Assembly (NCBI GenBank): GCA_038087875.1
Contig: CM075988.1
Span: 8,186,001 to 8,250,000, forward strand
DNA from: Malacoraja senta
Lineage: Eukaryota
DNA length: 64,000 bases
Reading direction: 5' to 3'
The notes under the pieces were generated by a model that was not told where the DNA came from, searched no databases, and saw nothing but the letters and a program-made list of their open reading frames with translations. Below, one piece after another: positions 1 through 13,230 of the stretch. The position numbers and the translations under genes are program-made. How positions within the stretch are numbered: position 1 is the first letter of the stretch; each line of letters begins with the position of its first letter.

Positions 1-815
1 CGAACCCAGGTCTACGGCACTAAAAGCGCTGTGAGGCAGCAACTCTATCGCTGCGCCACCATGCCGCCCTAAATACTAAACACTTTATCTAAACACTTTC
101 TAATACTACTGGTGTAAGGAGCTTTTACTGAATCCTACCATCAGATTTCCCAGGTGTTGGTTACCATCTGTCAGACAAGATGCTATTCTAAACGTGCAGC
201 AGCAGTATTATTTTTTTCTCATTTATGCATTTTTGATGCTCCTTTCAAGGCCAGGATTTATTGCTTAATTCCCCTGGACAGGGTGGTGGTGAGGACGTTC
301 TTGAACTGTTACATCCTTCTTGTAAAATTACCTTGACAGTGCTGTTGGATAGATGCTGCAGGACTCCAGCAATATACTTCCAACTCAGGATGGTGTGTGA
401 TTTAAAGGGGAACCTATAGATGAACTACTTATAAGGTCAAAAGGAATAGTAGAATTAGGTCATTCGGCCCATCAAGCCTACTCCGCCATTCAATCATGAC
501 TTATCCATCTCTCCACCCTAATCCCATTCTCCTGCCTTTTCCCCATATCCTCTGACACTTGTACTAATCAAGTATGGTATCATATAATGCACTGAATTTT
601 GCTGTCACATCCCAACTCAAAAGACCCCTATCCATTCGAGAAATTTAGCAGACAATTTAGACTGAAACTTCAGAGCATTGTTGAGGACCAGTTGCATTGT
701 TGAAGCTTCCACCATTTGGGTGAGACATATGCTTCTCAGTGTTTCTAAAATATTGCATTATGCTATTTGAACAGCAGGGACATTTGACCTCAGTGCCTTG
801 GCCACCAATTCTGAA

Positions 816-1875
816 ACAAAGATTAGGGATTAACGGTTCCCTTTCAGAATGGCAGGCAGTGACTAGTGGGGTACCGCAAGGCTCGGTGCTGGGACCGCAG
901 CTATTTACAATATACATCAATGATTTGGATGAAGGGATTCAAAGTAACATTAGCAAATTTGCAGCTAACACAAAGCTGGGTGGCAGTGTGAACTTTGAGG
1001 AGGATGCTATGAGAATGCAGGGGGCCTTGGGCAGGTTGGGTGAGTGGGCAGATGTATGGCAGATGCAGTTTAATGTGGATAAATATGAGGCGATCCACTT
1101 TTGTAGCAAAAACAGGAAGGCAGATTATTATCTAAATGGTGTCAAGTTGGGAAAAGGGGAAGTACAATGGGATCTGGGGGTCCTTGTTCATCAGTCATCA
1201 GTAAGCATGCAGGTACAGCAGGCAGTGAAGAAAGCGAATGGCATGTTGGCCTTCATAACAAGAGGAGTTGAGTATAGGAGCAAAGAGGTCCTCTGCAGTT
1301 GTACAGGGCCCTAGTGAGACCACACCTAGAGTACTGTGTGCAATTTTGGTCCCCTAATTTGAGGAAGGACATTCTTGCTATTGAGGGAGTGCAGCGTAGG
1401 TTTACAAAGTTAATTCCCGGGATGGCGGGACTGTCATATGTTGATAGAATGGAGCGGCTGGGCTTGCACACTCTGGAGTTTAGAAGGATGAGAGGGAATC
1501 TTATTGAAACATATAAGATTATTGAGGGTTTGACACACTAGAGGCAGGAAACATGTTCCCGATGTTGGGGGAGTCCAGAACCAGGGCCACAGTTTAAGAA
1601 TAAGGGGTAAGCCATTTAGAACGGAGATGAGGAAAAACCTTTTTGCACAGAGCGTTGTGAATCTGTGGAATTCTCTGCCTCAGAGGGCGGTGGAGGCCGG
1701 TTCTCGGGATATTTCAAGAGAGAGCTAGATAGGGGTCTTAAAGATAGCGTAGTCAGGGGATATGGGGAGAAGGCAGGAACGGGGTACCGATTGGGAATGA
1801 TCAGCCATGATCACGTTGAATGGCGGTGCTGGCCCGAAGGGCCAAATGGCCTACTCATGCACCTATTGTCTATTG
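816..1875 (+). mobile_element. CR1-clade LINE, 5'-truncated and frameshifted (RT C-terminal half plus 3' UTR)
   Basis: SGVPQGSVLGPQLFTIYINDL, degenerate FAAN for FADD, LVRPHLEYCVQFW; (CTATTGT)-type tail. Confidence 0.92.
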
Positions 1876-2517
1876 GGTCGAGGGAAGAGATAAAGGGACA
1901 GGTGTTGCATCTCCTGAGGTTGGAGTTGCAGGTACTTGGGGAGGGGGTGGTTTGGTGGGAAGGGATGAGTTAACCAGGGAGTTGCGGAGGGAACGGTCGC
2001 TGCAGAAGGCGGAAATAGGTGGAGATGGAAAGATGTGACTAGTGGTGGGATCCCGTTGCAGGTGGTTAAAATGTTGGAGGATTATGTGTTGCTTGAGAAT
2101 GCTGAAGGGGTGAAGGGTAAGGACTCTGTTGTGACTAGGTGGAGGGGGGACAAGGGCGGAGCTGCAGGGTACCGAGGTGATGCATGTGAGGGCCTCATCT
2201 ATGATGGAAGAGGGGAACCCCCATTCCTTAAAGAACGCCATCTCGGATGTCCTGGAATGGAACACCTCATCTTGGGCGCAGATGTGTTGTAGATAGAGGA
2301 TTTGGGAGTAGGGGATAGAGTCTTTGCAGGAAGCAGGGTGGGAAGAAGTGTAATCTAGATAGTTGTGAGAGTCAGTCGATAGTCTATCTCCTGTGATTGA
2401 GACGGTGAGATCAAGAAAGGGGAGGGAGATGGTCCAAGTGAATTTGAGTACAGGATGGAAATTGGTGGTGAAATTGATGAAGTCCATGAGTTCTGCATGG
2501 GTGCAGGAGGTAGCACC
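1876..2517 (-). mobile_element. Penelope-like element fragment
   Basis: FINFTTNFHPVLKFTWTIS-LPFLDL, YLDYTSSHPASCKDSIPYSQ; homologous to 14436-15383. Confidence 0.85.
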
Positions 2518-2866
2518 GGAGATAGAGTTTGTGGATCGCTGATCAGCATGGACTCGGTGGAGCGAAGGGCCTGTTTTTGTGCTGTATCTCTAAACTGCAC
2601 ATCTTTGTCCGCAAGACATGCTCTATTAATCCAAGCCTTTCTTCCTCAGTTACGTTGCTACAGTAAACATGACATCTCAGGTTCATCTAGAGAAGAACTG
2701 CTAATCCACTATATAACCCTGCATTCTTATAGTGCATGAAGTGTAAACAATGAAGCGTTGTGTTACAGGAAATAAATGTTGTATTTGACGCAGAGCCTTT
2801 AAATGTTGCAAGTGGTGGAGCATTCTCCCTGTGTCAGCAATTACCATCAGACGCTTATCCACTTAC

Positions 2867-3038
2867 TTATGAGGACAGTCGCTGGCTGGCTCCGAACTCC
2901 AACTCCAGCGCTCGTAGCCGCTGCCACTTCCACGCGGTACAGCACGCCGGCGATCAATCCGCGTACCACCGTTGAATGGACGGTTCCATCAATTGACTTG
3001 TTCACATGGAAGCGGGTATCATTTCCCAAGCACCAAAT
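2867..3038 (-). CDS. ROBO3: Roundabout receptor internal exon (172 nt), second half of FN3-3
   Basis: tttcccggtag|ATT TGG TGC ... CTC ATA A|gtaagt. Encodes [57 protein letters not shown]. Confidence 0.94.
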
Positions 3039-3949
3039 CTACCGGGAAAAACAAATCAATATCATTCCCATGTACAGTGAAACAAATAGACGTGTGGCTC
3101 ATACAACAGGACAGCACAGGAATAGGCCATTCGGCCCACAATATCTAAGCCGACCATGGTATCAATTTTCAACTAATCTCCAAATGTGGCTTACCAGAAA
3201 TGTTAAACATCTGCACTTAACTTGTTAACTTTTATACTCATTGCCCTGACCGATAATGGGCTTCTTCACCACCCCATTCACTTGTATTGCTCTTTTTATG
3301 GAGCTAAAGATTTGCAGCCTAGATCAATCTACACATCTATGATACATCAACGTGTCCTACCATTTAATATATGCTTTCCTCATACACTTGAGCTACTACA
3401 GTGCAACACCTCACACATAATAAAACCAGTTCAGCAACATATGCCTCTGTTTTTGCCTCCAATGCTATCAAAGGGAATTATTTTGATCGGGAAATAGCAC
3501 AGTAAACATCAACTACTTTTCGCTCAGTCTACAACCACAGTGGCAGCTACTTGGCTGAGGGCAATGACCTGAGACAAGGCTTTGTCTGATAATGCCTTTT
3601 TTAAAGTCTTAGGAACAACAATTTAATTATCAATGTATTAATGTGGTATTATGTGATTAGTTAGTGAATGACGATCTGTCCTAACCAAGAGATCACCAAG
3701 GGTTCTCAGTGCAATATGTTATTAATTTGCATTGAACATGAAAACATGGTGATATGAAAGATATTAGCGCATGTCATTATAAACAGCATAGCAAGCTATG
3801 TCAATACTTATAATTACAGAGTAATTTAAGAAAACCAAATGAATGTATTGTTGGTTATTTTTCTGCAAATGTTCATAATTAAGAACAATTTATTTCCCAC
3901 TGCTCTCTGAATCCGCTTTCAATCCCCATTTCTGAAGGAGATGTCATGT

Positions 3950-4270
3950 AGGGCGGCACAGTGGCACAGTGGCGCAGCGGTAGAGTTGCTGCATTCCAGC
4001 GCTTGCAGTACCAGAGACCCAGGTTCGATCCCAACTACGGGTGCTGTCTGTACGGAGTTTGTCTGTTCTCCCCGTGGACCGCGTGGGTTTTTTCCGAGAT
4101 CTTCGGTTTCTTCTCACACTCCAAAGACGTACCGGCTTGTAGGTTAATTGGATTGGTATAGGTGTAAATTGTTCCTAGTGTTAATGTGCAGTGATCGCTG
4201 GTTGGCGCGGACTTGGTGAGCCGAACGGCCTGTTTCCGTGTTGTATCTCTAAACTAAACTAAACTAAACT
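3950..4270 (+). mobile_element. HE1-type tRNA-derived SINE
   Basis: A box TGGCGCAGCGG, B box GGTTCGATCCC, central GTGGGTTTT..CCGAG domain, CR1-like tail ending (TAAAC)n. Confidence 0.88.
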
Positions 4271-4669
4271 TCCCTTACACGTAACTTTACTGCATTTGGT
4301 TGTATTGTTATTTTATAATGTTCTTTACTTTTACATACTGTACTTTTATCATCATTTGCACTGCAGTCTTGCACTTGTCGTTGTATTTCTTGTTGCATTT
4401 ATCATTACTGTATGTGTGCTGTTTATTCTGTGAGCTTCATGTGAACAAGGAATTTCATTACACAGTGTATAGATAAACAAATCGAATCCAACATCGGAAG
4501 ATCTGGATGTATTAAGGAGCCTCATCTTAAGCCAAGTAATGGTAGCCCCAAGCAGATTTTGATGGCTGATTTGACTAGACAGTAGATGAGTAATTAATAT
4601 TTCAGCATGATAAAATGATGCCTTTGACAATTTAAAGATGATTAAAAGATGAAGGAACAAAGCAGCTTT

Positions 4670-5310
4670 ATATGGCTTTGGTTAGGCTGCATTTGTTGTA
4701 ACTGCGTGCAGTTCTGGTTGCCCCACTACTATGTTCTGTTGTGCTCAAGCAAAGCAAGAATTTCATTGTCCTACCAGGGACACATGACAATAAACTCACT
4801 TGACTTGACTTGACTTGAGGATATAGAGGCTTTGGAAAGGGTGCAGAGGAGGTTTACCGAGGAGATGCCTGGATTGTCTATAAGGGGGTATAAGTCACAG
4901 GGGGAGAATGGACAAACTAGGGTTGTTTTCTCTGTAATGTCGGGGGTTTGTAGAGAGACCCGATCGAAGTATGTCAAATTAGGAGAGGCATAGATAGGGT
5001 AGACAGTCAGAACCTTGTTCCCTGGATGGCAAAAAATCAAATTCTAGAGGGCTTAGATTTAATGCGAGAGAGGCAAAATTGAAAGGAGATGTAGAGCGTG
5101 TTATTTTACACAGAGGGTGGTGAGTGCCTGGAACATGCTGCCTGGAGTGTTGGTTGAAGAAGATATGATAGTGGTATTTGAGAGAGTTTTGGATGGGCAA
5201 ATTGATATGCAGGACCTGGATAATATGTAGGCAGATAAGAGTTGGTCTTAGCGTTATGTTCGACATGGATGTTGTGGGCCAAAGGGCTGTACAGTTCTAT
5301 GCTGTTCTAT
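4670..5310 (+). mobile_element. Old CR1 LINE 3' fragment with a nested insert
   Basis: gtgcagttctggttgccc, gtgcagaggaggtttacc, cagagggtggtgagtgcctggaac motifs. Confidence 0.75.
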
Positions 5311-5727
5311 TATCTCATTGGAGCTCACACTTCTAACACTCAAACTCGAGCAGCCGACATCAAACAGAGACTATTATTGTTTCAAGAGGTTTTAGCCTCT
5401 ACTAACGTTTTGACAACTTATTCCAATCACTCTCCGTGGCGATAGAAGGGGATCATTTTGAAGTGTACATTCCTTGCTTGTGGGCACAACAATCAAAGAA
5501 TTATGGATGGCTCACCTTCAATGATGGTGAAAGGTTATTGTTTAGTCCTGAGGCCTGTGACTGATGGTGTGCCTCAGGGACCAGTGCTGCTATGCCCATT
5601 GCCGTTTGTGGTTTATATTAACAATTTGGATGAGAATGTACACTTAAAGTAGAAGATAGTAAAGACGGCTATCAAAAATTGTAGCAGGATCATGATCAGC
5701 TGGGCAAGTGGGCTGAGAGAATTAGAT

Positions 5728-5970
5728 ATGTGTAGGAAGGAACTGCAGATGCTGGTTTATCTCAAAGAAAGACACAAAATGCTGGAGTAAATCAGCAGGT
5801 CAGGCAGCACCTCTGGAGAGAAAGAATAGGTGATGTTTCGGGTCGGAACCCTTCTTCAGACTGAAAGTAGAGGTGGGGGAGGGTGCTTTCAACTCAAAAT
5901 ATCACCTATTCTTTTTCTCCAGAGATGCTGCCTGATTCATTGAGTTACTCCAGAATTTTGTGTCTCTCTT
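5728..5970. mobile_element. Penelope-derived short fold-back insertion with hammerhead-like core
   Basis: Inverted arms; TSD TGAGAG(A/G)ATTAGAT at 5714-5727 and 5971-5984. Confidence 0.75.
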
Positions 5971-7452
5971 TGAGAGGATTAGATGACGGATAAGACCCAA
6001 CCATGCAGGAGAATGCAAGGGAAGTGGGTTAACATAATAGTGATACAGTTAGCAATAAAAGGGGCTGAGGAGGAGTTACTGAACGATAGTGTGTAGGAGC
6101 TGGATCGATGACAGAAATGATAGTCAGTAACAAGGAGGTACATCTTCGTCAACATCAGCTGTTTGGTAATCTGGCAGGGGTTGGGTGGGGGAGGGGGGGA
6201 GGGAATGGAAGGGTCACAACTGCCTGTTTATTGTTTCTTTGAGGTCTATGAAATGAGAACCTGACTGATGCCGTTTGGGGTAAACAATGTTTCACGCATC
6301 CATCATGATGATTATCTACCCCAATGGATGTGACCAGATTCCATTACTGGCTCTGACTGTGAGGGGCTGAACCAAAATGAAAGGATGCAAGTGGCTGCTT
6401 CGACCAGCCAGCGTGTTTGTACTGAATGATGAATCACCGCTCTCTTCGCCCCCACTCAACGGCAGAACAACTCCCAGCGGAACCAAACGGCTGTTTTTGT
6501 TGTGCAGAATGCCGTTAGTCATTGTCTCCACGTTTCGCTCTGTCAATTCTGTCTTTTCAAAGTTAGACGCAATTTTGGTTCCTCACTGTACGCGCTGCAG
6601 AGGGCTGAGCCAAGCCAGAGGCATTGAAAGATACAAGTCGGCTGACCAGATAGTGAAACCCTGACTAGCACTATCACAATTACACAGTGGCCACCTCCCT
6701 GTCATGCGTCCCATTGTCTGTGCTGGTGCTCACCTAACAAACAGCTAAACAAAGGCCTGTTTCCTTTATCATCATTACATTTTTACATATCTTTCATTCA
6801 TTTGTTCTATATCTCTCTACATCACCATCTATATCTCCCGTTTCCCTTTCCTCTGACTCTCGGTCGGAAGAAGGGTCACGACCTATTCCTTTTCTCCAGA
6901 GATGCTGTTTGACCCACTACATTACTTCAGCTTTTTGTGTCTATCTTCGGTTTAAACCAGCATCTGCAGTTCCTTCCTGCACATGCATCCTATTGAATTC
7001 AGATTGAGATCAGCAAACTTGATGCCAACCAACACTTGCCAGTACTTAACTCCAGCGAGAGAGAAAAATACTTCAAGGGAACACTTCAAGCAGAAAGTGC
7101 AAAATACAACCCTTAATCCTCAACTGTTTTAACTTTGGTGTTGAGTATGCATGACCAGTCCTTCCTTAAAACAGGGCAGCTGCAAAGGGAATAAAGATCA
7201 ATTAAAGTAATGAACATATGGTAAACAGTAACCTTATCACCATTAAAGGCTCATTGTAAAAATGCCAAGCCTTCATGGATTTATGAGGCTCCTTTTGTTT
7301 TCGTTCTTCACCTCAGAACAATTATGATTAAATTCTTTAATTAACATGTCCCAACTGTTGAGAAATTAGGCCAATATATTTTCAAACCCCAGTCATTAGC
7401 CCACCCCGGTCCCACTGTTCATTTGATTTATCCCTCCAGTGTCCTGGCTTAC

Positions 7453-7577
7453 CCTGTACTCCTGGATGATTCCATTCTGCTCCTCAGCAGGGGGTGGCTC
7501 CCAGGACACGCTGATACTGGTGCTGTTACTCAAGCCAATAGTTGCCACGGTAACAGCTTGCGGTGGGGCAGCGGGGG
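7453..7577 (-). CDS. ROBO3: Roundabout receptor internal exon (125 nt), first half of FN3-3
   Basis: aaacag|CC CCC GCT ... TAC AGG|gtaagc. Encodes (A)PAAPPQAVTVATIGLSNSTSISVSWEPPPAEEQNGIIQEYR. Confidence 0.93.
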
Positions 7578-7664
7578 CTGTTTTTTGTTTCATGCGAGAA
7601 AAAAAGAAGAAAAGAATGTTTAAGTGAAGAGAAAGCAGGCAGAGCAGGCCTCAAAACCAAAAAA

Positions 7665-8880
7665 GCACAAGGTGCTGGAGTAACTCAGCAGGTCATGCAG
7701 CATCTCTGGAGAACATGGATAGGTGATGTGTGGGAAGGAACTGCAGATGCTAGTTTACACCGAAGATAGACACAAAATGCTGGAGTAACTTAGCGGGACG
7801 TCACCCATTCATTCTATCCAGACATGCCGCCTATCTCGCAGAGTTACTCCAGCGTTTTGTGTCTATTTTATGGATATGTGATGTTTCATGTCGGGACCCT
7901 TCTTCAGCCTGATTGTGGGGATTGGGGGGAGGGGGGATAATGCTGAGAAGAGTGGAGGGGCAGGAGAAAAACTGGCAGATAAAAGGTTGATACAGGTGAG
8001 TCGGGATGTTTGATGAGCAGATGGTTGGACAAAGACCAAAGATGAAACAAAAGGATTAAAGAGTTTTGAATTGTGAAGCTAGAGGAAGGGATGTAGGTGG
8101 GAGGGTTGAACTAGTTGCTAGTCCAGGTGGGACACAAGGGAGAGGTCGGGGAGTATATTGAGGAAGAAGGGCATGGCAGAGGGTTATGCAGTTACCTAAA
8201 ATTGGAGAATTCAATGATCATACCGAAGTGGAATATGAGGTGTTGTTCCTCCAGTTTGCGTGTGGCCTCACTCTGGGAATGGATGAGGCCCAGGACAGAA
8301 AGGTCAGAATCGGAATGAGGAGCCGGTAGATCCAATGGGCTTTGGTGGACCGAGCGCAAATGTTCGGCGAAACGATCGCCAATTCTACATTTGGTCTTGC
8401 AAAGTACAGGAGGCCATATCGAGAACACGGGATGCAGTAGATGAGGTTAGAGGAGATGCATGTGAACCTCTGTCTCACCTGCAACGACTGCTGAGGCCTC
8501 CGATTAGAGGTGAGGGAGGAGGTATAGGGACCAGGTGTTCCATGTCGTGCAGTTGCAGGGGTAAGTACCTGGGGTAGGGGTAGTTTGGGTAGGAAGAGAT
8601 GAGTGAGCCAAGGAGTCATGGAGGGAGCGTACTCTACAAAAAGGGTGGAAAGGGGTAGGGATGAGAAGAAGTGACTGTTGGTGGGATCATATTGGAAGGT
8701 GAGATGATGTATTGGATGCGGAGGCTGATGGGGTGAGAGATAGAAGCGGGCTGTGCAGAGCTGAGGAATGGTAAAAGGTTGGAGACCATGGAAGGGAGAT
8801 GACTAGAGGTGATGATATTGGAAACAGTCTGGGAGATGACGGCCTGGTACTCAATTGCAGGGTCATGGTCAGGAACCAGG
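7665..8880 (-). mobile_element. Degraded Penelope-like element (GIY-YIG region plus 3' end) with a nested short copy at about 7730-7870
   Basis: QRFTCISSNLIYCIPCSR, GDRFAEHLRSV, RKLEEQHLIF on the minus strand. Confidence 0.85.
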
Positions 8881-9324
8881 AAGTGTCTGGCCTTATGAGG
8901 AGGTGCCCAAGAATTGGTAGCTGGCAAGACTCTGAGGCAGCTCCGTACATGAACATATTTGAGATAAAGTGAGTTCAAGGATGTCTTAAGGACTGGCCGA
9001 GTCGGGCTAAACTGGGTTAGTGGTGGTAACGGAGAACGCAAATCTGGCAGCAGTTTTCAACAATATTCTAAGCACATAAGTAATAAATAGTTCTCTTAAA
9101 ATTTGATTTCATTTTCTAAAAAATTAAAGTTAAATTATATTTCATTTTGAAGCATCATGAAACGTTCAAGGCCAATTTTGATGAGGTCATTGACCGGTTT
9201 ATCCATATCAACGATTTCTGTGTGGAGACATGTTTCCTCAGGGGAAACCACTCTCATGGCAAGTCATAAGATCAGGGCAGCTCACAAAAATACACTGCCC
9301 ATGAAAGCCGTTTTGTCCTTCACC

Positions 9325-9605
9325 TTTGGCCATCTCCCTTCCACAGCCCCCAACCTCATTATTCCCCAACCTTGCATTGCCTGCTTCTATCTCCTTCCCA
9401 AAATCCACAAACAGGTATGCCTTGGCCCACCCATTGTTCCTGCCTGCTCCTGCCTCACGTAACTCATCTCCAAATACCTTGATTCCATCCTATCCCTTCT
9501 TGTCCAGTCGCTTCAAACCTACATCTGAGACACCTCACACTCCCTTCAATAACTTTCAATTTCCAGGCTCCCTTAACCTAATTTTTTCTGCAGACATCCA
9601 GTCCC
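9325..9605 (+). mobile_element. Penelope-like RT fragment
   Basis: FYLLPKIHK...PIVPACSC, the N-terminal motif of Penelope RT. Confidence 0.75.
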
Positions 9606-9864
9606 TGGATGCAATATTGTTGCTCTTGTCAGAGACAGAAGAACGTAATGCTTGGCACTGCCCATCCAGCATGGCTAGTTGGGGAAATGCAATGGCATGT
9701 GAAGAAGCAATTACCTTCCTCCAATACCCCATGCTTAAGCCAGACTATTAATCCTTCAAGGAAAGATATGATGGAATAACCCAGACCATTTTACTGCTGC
9801 CTCTGGTCACTCCATTGCCTTTCTTGCAAGTATTAAATTATGACGATCGACCAACTATTTAATG

Positions 9865-10165
9865 TCACAGTGGCACAGCTGGTAGCGCGCCAGAGATCCG
9901 GGTTCGATCCTGACCTCGGGTGCTGTCTGTGTGGAGTTTGCACATTCCCCCTGTGACTGCGTGGGTTTCCCCTCCGAGTGCTCCGGTTTCCTTCCACATC
10001 CCAAAGACAATCAGGTTTGTAGCTGTAAAAATTGCCCCCTAGTATGTAGGGCAGGATGAGAAAGTGGGATAATATGGAACTAGTGTGAATGGGTAATCGA
10101 TGGTCAGCGTAGACTCGGTGGGCCGAAGGGTCTGTTTCTATGCTGCATCTCTAAAATAAACAAAC
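9865..10165 (+). mobile_element. HE1-type SINE
   Basis: GGTTCGATCC B box, central domain, CR1-like tail. Confidence 0.82.
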
Positions 10166-10599
10166 ATTTCTCCATTGTGCAGCTGAAGGACAAGGTGCAG
10201 TTGCACTGGGGCAGAAGCTGAACTAAGAGACAGGCACAGCTGGGAGACAGAACTGTCAATTTTCTACCAGAGCTCAACAATCACAGATCTGTAAACAGAT
10301 GTGAGGAGATCAGAAGAGGGAGATGCGGAGGAATAAAATAAACGGGAGATTGATTGGTAGATTATAACCAGTTGCGCTTGTGATCATCGCATTATGAGCT
10401 TCAGCTGCTCTGAGGGCCCGTCTCCTCCCACCATCATGATCTAGGGCCGTTGAATAGATCAAAATGTGACTATAAAAGGAGATTTTGAAAGTAAATAGGC
10501 ACTTTCCAGAATTTACAGAATCTGGTTTCACTCCACAGTACGGTCATTCTTGCAGGAGGATAGAGGCCAAACTCACTTGCTGCAGCCTCAGGGTGAACA

Positions 10600-10866
10600 T
10601 TGTTTAGAGATACAGTGCGGAAACAGGCCCTTTGGCCCAACGCGCATACTAGTTCTATTCTAGACACAAGGGACAATTTTTACATAAGCTGATTAACCTA
10701 CAAACATCAATGTCTTTGGTATGTGGGAGGGGAAACCGGAGCACCTGGAGAGAACCCACGTGGTCACAGGGGGAACGTACAAACTCCATACAACCAGCGG
10801 CCGTAGTCAGGATCAATCCCGGGCCTCTGGCGCTGTAAGGCAGCAACTCTACCGCTGCGCCACTGT
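10600..10866 (-). mobile_element. HE1-type SINE
   Basis: Reverse complement of the 3950-4270 consensus. Confidence 0.82.
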
Positions 10867-11268
10867 GCGGTGTTGGCCAAACGAGACCTTGACCAGAATC
10901 GTACTCAGCATGGTCTGCGCCTCAGCATGGTCCGCTCCTCAAGTCCGCACCATGCCTACATCCATGCTAACCTTATGGAGTCGTGCGGTTCCAAGTGATC
11001 CCCGGTTCCCTCTGCTCTGCCCATTCCTTGCAGCAGAGAGCAGAGACTAGGCCTCGGGCAGCATGCAAGACCCTGCCCCTAGACTGTCCTGAAGACCCTT
11101 GGACAAATCTAATTTGCGAAGGCCTTTTCAAATAGTGATGATCAAAGACATTTTAAAGAGTAGATTTAAATAATTAAAAATCAAAAATGTATTTTAAAAA
11201 TATATAAATAATCTATCTATATTATACTGAAACTCTTCCCTTTGTTCTTGTGGCTGTGTGCGTGTGCG

Positions 11269-13230
11269 GACGTGGCGTCGAAGGACGAGAAGCCGAAGCA
11301 AAGAAATGGAAGCCAAATAACTGAACGGATACGAAGCTGAAACGCCAAATAACCGAAAGGTTGGGACGCCTAAAAGCCAACTAACTGAACGGCTGTGTTG
11401 CCTAAAAGCAAACTCACCGAATGGCAGCTCTGCCGAAACACCAACTAATCGTAAGGCTGCGTCGCCTACAAGCCAACTAACCGTAAGACTGCATCGCCTA
11501 CAACCCAACTAACCGTAAGGCTGCGTCGCCTACAACCCAACTAACCGTAAGGCTGCGTCGCCTACAACCCAACTAACCGAATGGCCGCTCAACTGAAAAG
11601 TCAAATAATGGACATGACGTCGCCGGGGGGCAGGACTTGTCAGCGATTGGTCCAGACCCCCACGTCCATCACGTCTGACTACACTTATGCAGAGCAGCTA
11701 TGGAAGTTGAGAAAACTGGCACTGACAGCGGTCCATGTGAAAGGACAGCACCTACCAACAATGAAGGCACTATAAAACCAGCTGCCGCAAGCTCTTCCCA
11801 TAGGACGGGCGTTTAAATCGGCATTAAATATCAAAAAAGAGTTACCTTGATTTAAAAACAAAAATATTACATGTATAAATAGTTCTTACATTCGGGAACC
11901 TGGTTAATTAAGTGGTGGAATTATTTCCCTGTCCTAACTATGCCTTTGCTTTAGCCGGTGGTCACATCCATTCCATCCCTCTCTCGCAAAGATGTGAGAT
12001 TTCATTAAGAGCTCACTTGGATGAATAGATGCAAGCGGCATGTAAAGCGTCTCTTCCATGCGCACAATACATGAAGCCGATGTAATGAGACAACTGTCAC
12101 ACCAAAGATGGACACAAAATGCTGGAGTAACTCAGTGGGACAGGCAGCATCTCTGGAGAGAAGGAATGGGTGGCGTTTCGGGTCGAGACCCTTCAGACTC
12201 AGTCTTCAGGTTTGAAGAATGGTCTCGACCCGAAATGTCACCTATTCCTTCTCTCCAGAGATGCTGCCTGTTCCGCTGAGTTACTCCATGTTTTTGTGTC
12301 CATCTTCGGTTAAAACAGATTACAGATTATCTGGTGTTTTGTGCGTGGGAGCTTGTTGTGTGCGTTACGCAGGCAACCAGACGGTAATAAATAAAACATA
12401 CTTCTTGTTGTCAAGGGGGGGTGGGGGAAGTGGGAGGAGATAAAATTGTTCGTTGTCATGCACACTTGTCATCGGCCCGCTAGGGAATTTGTGTGCCCCC
12501 CATGTTTTAAAAGTGATTTACTATGGCTGCCAATGCCCCGAGCCCTCTGTCCCCGTGGCTGGGCTGGGGGTGAATCACCTGGTGTGGGTGTCAGGGGGTA
12601 AATCACCCCGTGTGTGGGTCAGGATCCGGGGGTCAGACGGAGGGGGGCGGGAAAATCACCCTAGTGTGGGGGTTGGGGTCCGATGGTGGTGCATCGCGGT
12701 CTGTGACTCTGGAAGGGCGGAGGGACCAGCCTGTCCCACACCTCTGCTCCACCCGGCACTGCCGTCAGTGCGGCCGCACGGGGGAGACAAGGCGGAGGGC
12801 GGCCGTGGCCGTGGGAGAGTGGGGGCTGTCCCGAGGGATGCGCACCTTTAGCCGCTTACAACTTGGTGTTCGGGTTCAGAGTGCCCAGTCACCTATGGCT
12901 TGTGTGGCAAAATGACCCCCACCCTCCCGTCTCCACCGGCTAGTGATGTGATGGACGCGGGGGTCTGAACCAATCGCTGACAAGTCCCACCCCCCCCCCC
13001 CCGGTGACATCATGTCCGTTATTTGACTTTTCAGTTGAGCGGCCATTCGGTGAGTTTGCTTGTAGGTGACGCAGCCTTTCGGTTAGTTGGCTTATAGGCG
13101 TCCCGCCCTTTCGGTTAGTTTGCATTTAGGCTTCGTACGCTTTTGGTTATTTGGCGTTTCGGCTTCGTTTGCGTTCGGTTATTTGGCTTCCACTTCTTTG
13201 CTTCGGCTTCTCGTCCTTTGACGCCACGTC
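11269..13230. mobile_element. Foldback-like non-autonomous DNA element with long inverted arms containing 32-bp-period subrepeats
   Basis: 11269-11675 is an inverted copy of 12945-13230. Motif CCAAMTAACCGAA recurs every 32 bp (10 units left, 6 right). No convincing TSD and no transposase. Confidence 0.7.

Noticed and set aside
3950..4040. tRNA genes at the GGTTCGATCC motifs
   Set aside because: These are SINE heads that continue into a shared body and tail; no intact cloverleaf is evident.
11313..11610. CRISPR-like array (conserved motif with variable spacers at a fixed period)
   Set aside because: Vertebrate intron, no cas genes, spacers related to each other, and the array has an inverted partner; better explained as terminal subrepeats of a transposon.
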